A stretch of 25,239 bases of DNA, taken from an uncultured virus (IMG/VR IMGVR_UViG_3300017963_000022) (Duplodnaviria; Heunggongvirae; Uroviricota; Caudoviricetes). The notes below the pieces were generated by a model. The model searched no databases and had not been told where the DNA came from. It saw only the letters and a program-made list of their open reading frames with translations. Position numbers and translations under genes: made by a program. Numbering within the stretch: position 1 is the first letter of the stretch; every line of letters starts with the position of its first letter. This document shows positions 23,973 through 25,239 of this stretch, one piece after another. Location of the stretch: the IMG/VR virus record IMGVR_UViG_3300017963_000022. One strand, written 5' to 3'.

Positions 23973-24188
23973 TTAAAACTCATCATATTGCTCGGCAATG
24001 ATCTCTCCACCCTCCATAGGGTCATTAGACCAGAGAACAAAAGAAATACCAATGTCGTCAGTTAAAGGCTCAATCTCAAGTCTATGACCATCATCAAAGA
24101 CAAGGCAACGTGAAACTCCAGGATTAGATGGTTTTCCGAGACCAACATATTGTTTTCCTTTGAGATACATAAAAATATCTTCTATCAT
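23973..24188 (-). CDS. Hypothetical protein, 71 aa
   Basis: Start moved to MIEDIF (AAGGAG RBS); paralogous segment at 7535-7702. Confidence 0.75.
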   Translation of the reverse strand: MIEDIFMYLKGKQYVGLGKPSNPGVSRCLVFDDGHRLEIEPLTDDIGISFVLWSNDPMEGGEIIAEQYDEF

Positions 24189-24199
24189 TTTTGTTCTCC

Positions 24200-24451
24200 T
24201 TACCAAGTAAAAAGAAACTTGTTCTTGCTTAGAGCTTCAAAATAAGACCAATCTCCAAGCAAATGTTCAGCAACTAATTCAGCCATTGATTGTTTCTTTT
24301 TATCAGAGACAGCCCCATCTAAGATGAAGCAGGGTGCAGAGATATTTCCACAATCAAGACCATTAACCTCTACGTGAAATTCATTCAGTTTAGTGTGAGT
24401 TACGACCAGTTCACCAGAGCCTTCCAAAAAGAACTCTTCAATAGTAGTCAT
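24200..24451 (-). CDS. Hypothetical protein, 83 aa
   Basis: GGAG RBS; operonic spacing. Confidence 0.7.
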   Translation of the reverse strand: MTTIEEFFLEGSGELVVTHTKLNEFHVEVNGLDCGNISAPCFILDGAVSDKKKQSMAELVAEHLLGDWSYFEALSKNKFLFTW

Positions 24452-24453
24452 CT

Positions 24454-24597
24454 TTATTCTCCATTATCTGACATATCTCGTGTGCGGTTATTTACTGCAA
24501 TGTCTGAAGTGCCAGGGTCGAGTAAAGCCCATATAATCGTAAGGGCAATAACAAACAACAAGAGTTTTCCACAAATAGTAAGAGTAATAGTATCCAT
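24454..24597 (-). CDS. Small membrane protein, 47 aa
   Basis: Own translation MDTITLTICGKLLLFVIALTIIWALLDPGTS..., with an AAGGA RBS. Confidence 0.55.
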   Translation of the reverse strand: MDTITLTICGKLLLFVIALTIIWALLDPGTSDIAVNNRTRDMSDNGE

Positions 24598-24731
24598 ATC
24601 ATTCCTTCTCGTTAGTGAGAAGTACTCCATAAACTATCTCATATCCCCAACCACAGGTACACCGAGCATGATAAGTGGCTTGTTCCTTAAAATAGAAGAT
24701 AGAGCCGTCTTTGTTTCGAAGAAAATCTCCT

Positions 24732-24842
24732 TTAGTATCGTCCGGACTCTTCCATGTGAGGGCCAAGGGCGTACCAGAGTCCACCACCAACCACCACAAT
24801 GAAAACTAAAACTCCAGCAATTACTTGACCAATGTCCATCAT
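24732..24842 (-). CDS. 36 aa single-TM peptide
   Basis: MMDIGQVIAGVLVFIVVVGGGLWYALGPHMEESGRY directly after an AAAGGAG RBS. It overlaps alternative ORF-track frames, so the call is uncertain. Confidence 0.5.
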   Translation of the reverse strand: MMDIGQVIAGVLVFIVVVGGGLWYALGPHMEESGRY

Positions 24843-24961
24843 TTTCTCCTTTAAACATAGATACCTCTGATACTAAAGTCCTTGAACTCTATCGCCATCA
24901 GGGTTTAGCCCCGAATATACTCTCCCAAGTCCAGGTAAATCTCCAAAACCAGAGGTTTGAC

Positions 24962-24990
24962 AAACTAAAAACTCCCCCGTTTGAGGGAGC
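24962..24990 (-). terminator. Promoter-proximal terminator-like hairpin
   Basis: GCTCCCTC-AAAC-GGGGGAGT followed by TTTTAGTTT. Confidence 0.5.
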
Positions 24991-25003
24991 CTTCGGCACA
25001 ATA

Positions 25004-25072
25004 ATTATACCATACTATGCTCATTTTGTCAAGGGTGAGTATGCGTTTTCTAGAATACTCGAAGATCGAGTT
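25004..25072 (-). promoter_or_regulatory. Consensus sigma70 promoter with conserved upstream element (copy 2)
   Basis: TTGACA(25032-25027)-17 nt-TATAAT(25009-25004) with an extended -10 TG; repeat of 19113-19158. Confidence 0.85.
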
Positions 25073-25239
25073 TTCGGGGTGATTTAATGCCCGAAAGACT
25101 CCGAAAAGAAAGATAAAATAGGAAAAATGAATAGAAGACTCTATTTAAAATAGGGGTAGGGTGCTGACAAAAGAAAAACTCAAATATATGAGCAAGTATT
25201 CAGATATTAGAGAAAAAGGGTATAAAACAGAGATAGATA

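Noticed and set aside
1746..24802. Numerous short antisense or nested ORFs in the track (e.g. 1746-1952, 3219-3485, 9062-9349, 14328-14684, 21756-22118, 24374-24802)
   Set aside because: They lie opposite or inside well-supported genes or RNAs and lack RBSs and motifs; treated as shadow ORFs.
24599..24858. ORF-track frames 24599-24799 and 24634-24858
   Set aside because: Neither start has a clear RBS, while a third frame (24732-24842) does; coding status unresolved.
24880..24900. Fluoride riboswitch-like GGCGAUAGAGUUC
   Set aside because: It lacks the complementary CGCC and the downstream conserved elements; no fluoride-related gene follows.

Overview
A 25-kb stretch of an AT-rich bacteriophage genome: dense genes, strong AAGGAG(G) ribosome-binding sites, sigma70-type promoters and the standard genetic code. 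The host cannot be identified from sequence. From left to right: (1) A replication and nucleotide block with a partial DNA amino-methyltransferase and a family A DNA polymerase, then divergently a DnaG-like primase, RNase H, HAD nucleotidase, MazG and class II ribonucleotide reductase. (2) A ~10-kb minus-strand operon resembling the phiEco32-type peptide-ligase cluster: amidoligase, class II glutamine amidotransferase, ATP-grasp, COOH-NH2 ligase type 2, GNAT and gamma-glutamylcyclotransferase. It also carries a RuvB-like ATPase lacking the RuvA-binding hairpin and a divergent peptide deformylase. (3) tRNA-Arg(UCU), LemA, a membrane partner and many small accessory ORFs. (4) The most striking part, a Ro60/Rsr (TROVE-vWA) gene embedded in a non-coding RNA cassette. 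Upstream lie four tandem Y-RNA-like elements sharing CUGA(A/U)G...GGGUUAUC...CUUG. One is an intact tRNA body whose anticodon loop is replaced by a circularly permuted Y module. A fifth, permuted copy of the Ro-binding helix overlaps the rsr Shine-Dalgarno and AUG, suggesting translational autoregulation. All copies have a bulged U instead of the canonical C, and the protein has Lys at the His187-equivalent position. Downstream lie a second tRNA-like RNA with an expanded anticodon arm and an unidentified multi-stem RNA. All structures were folded by eye and all family calls come from motif recognition; no searches were run.
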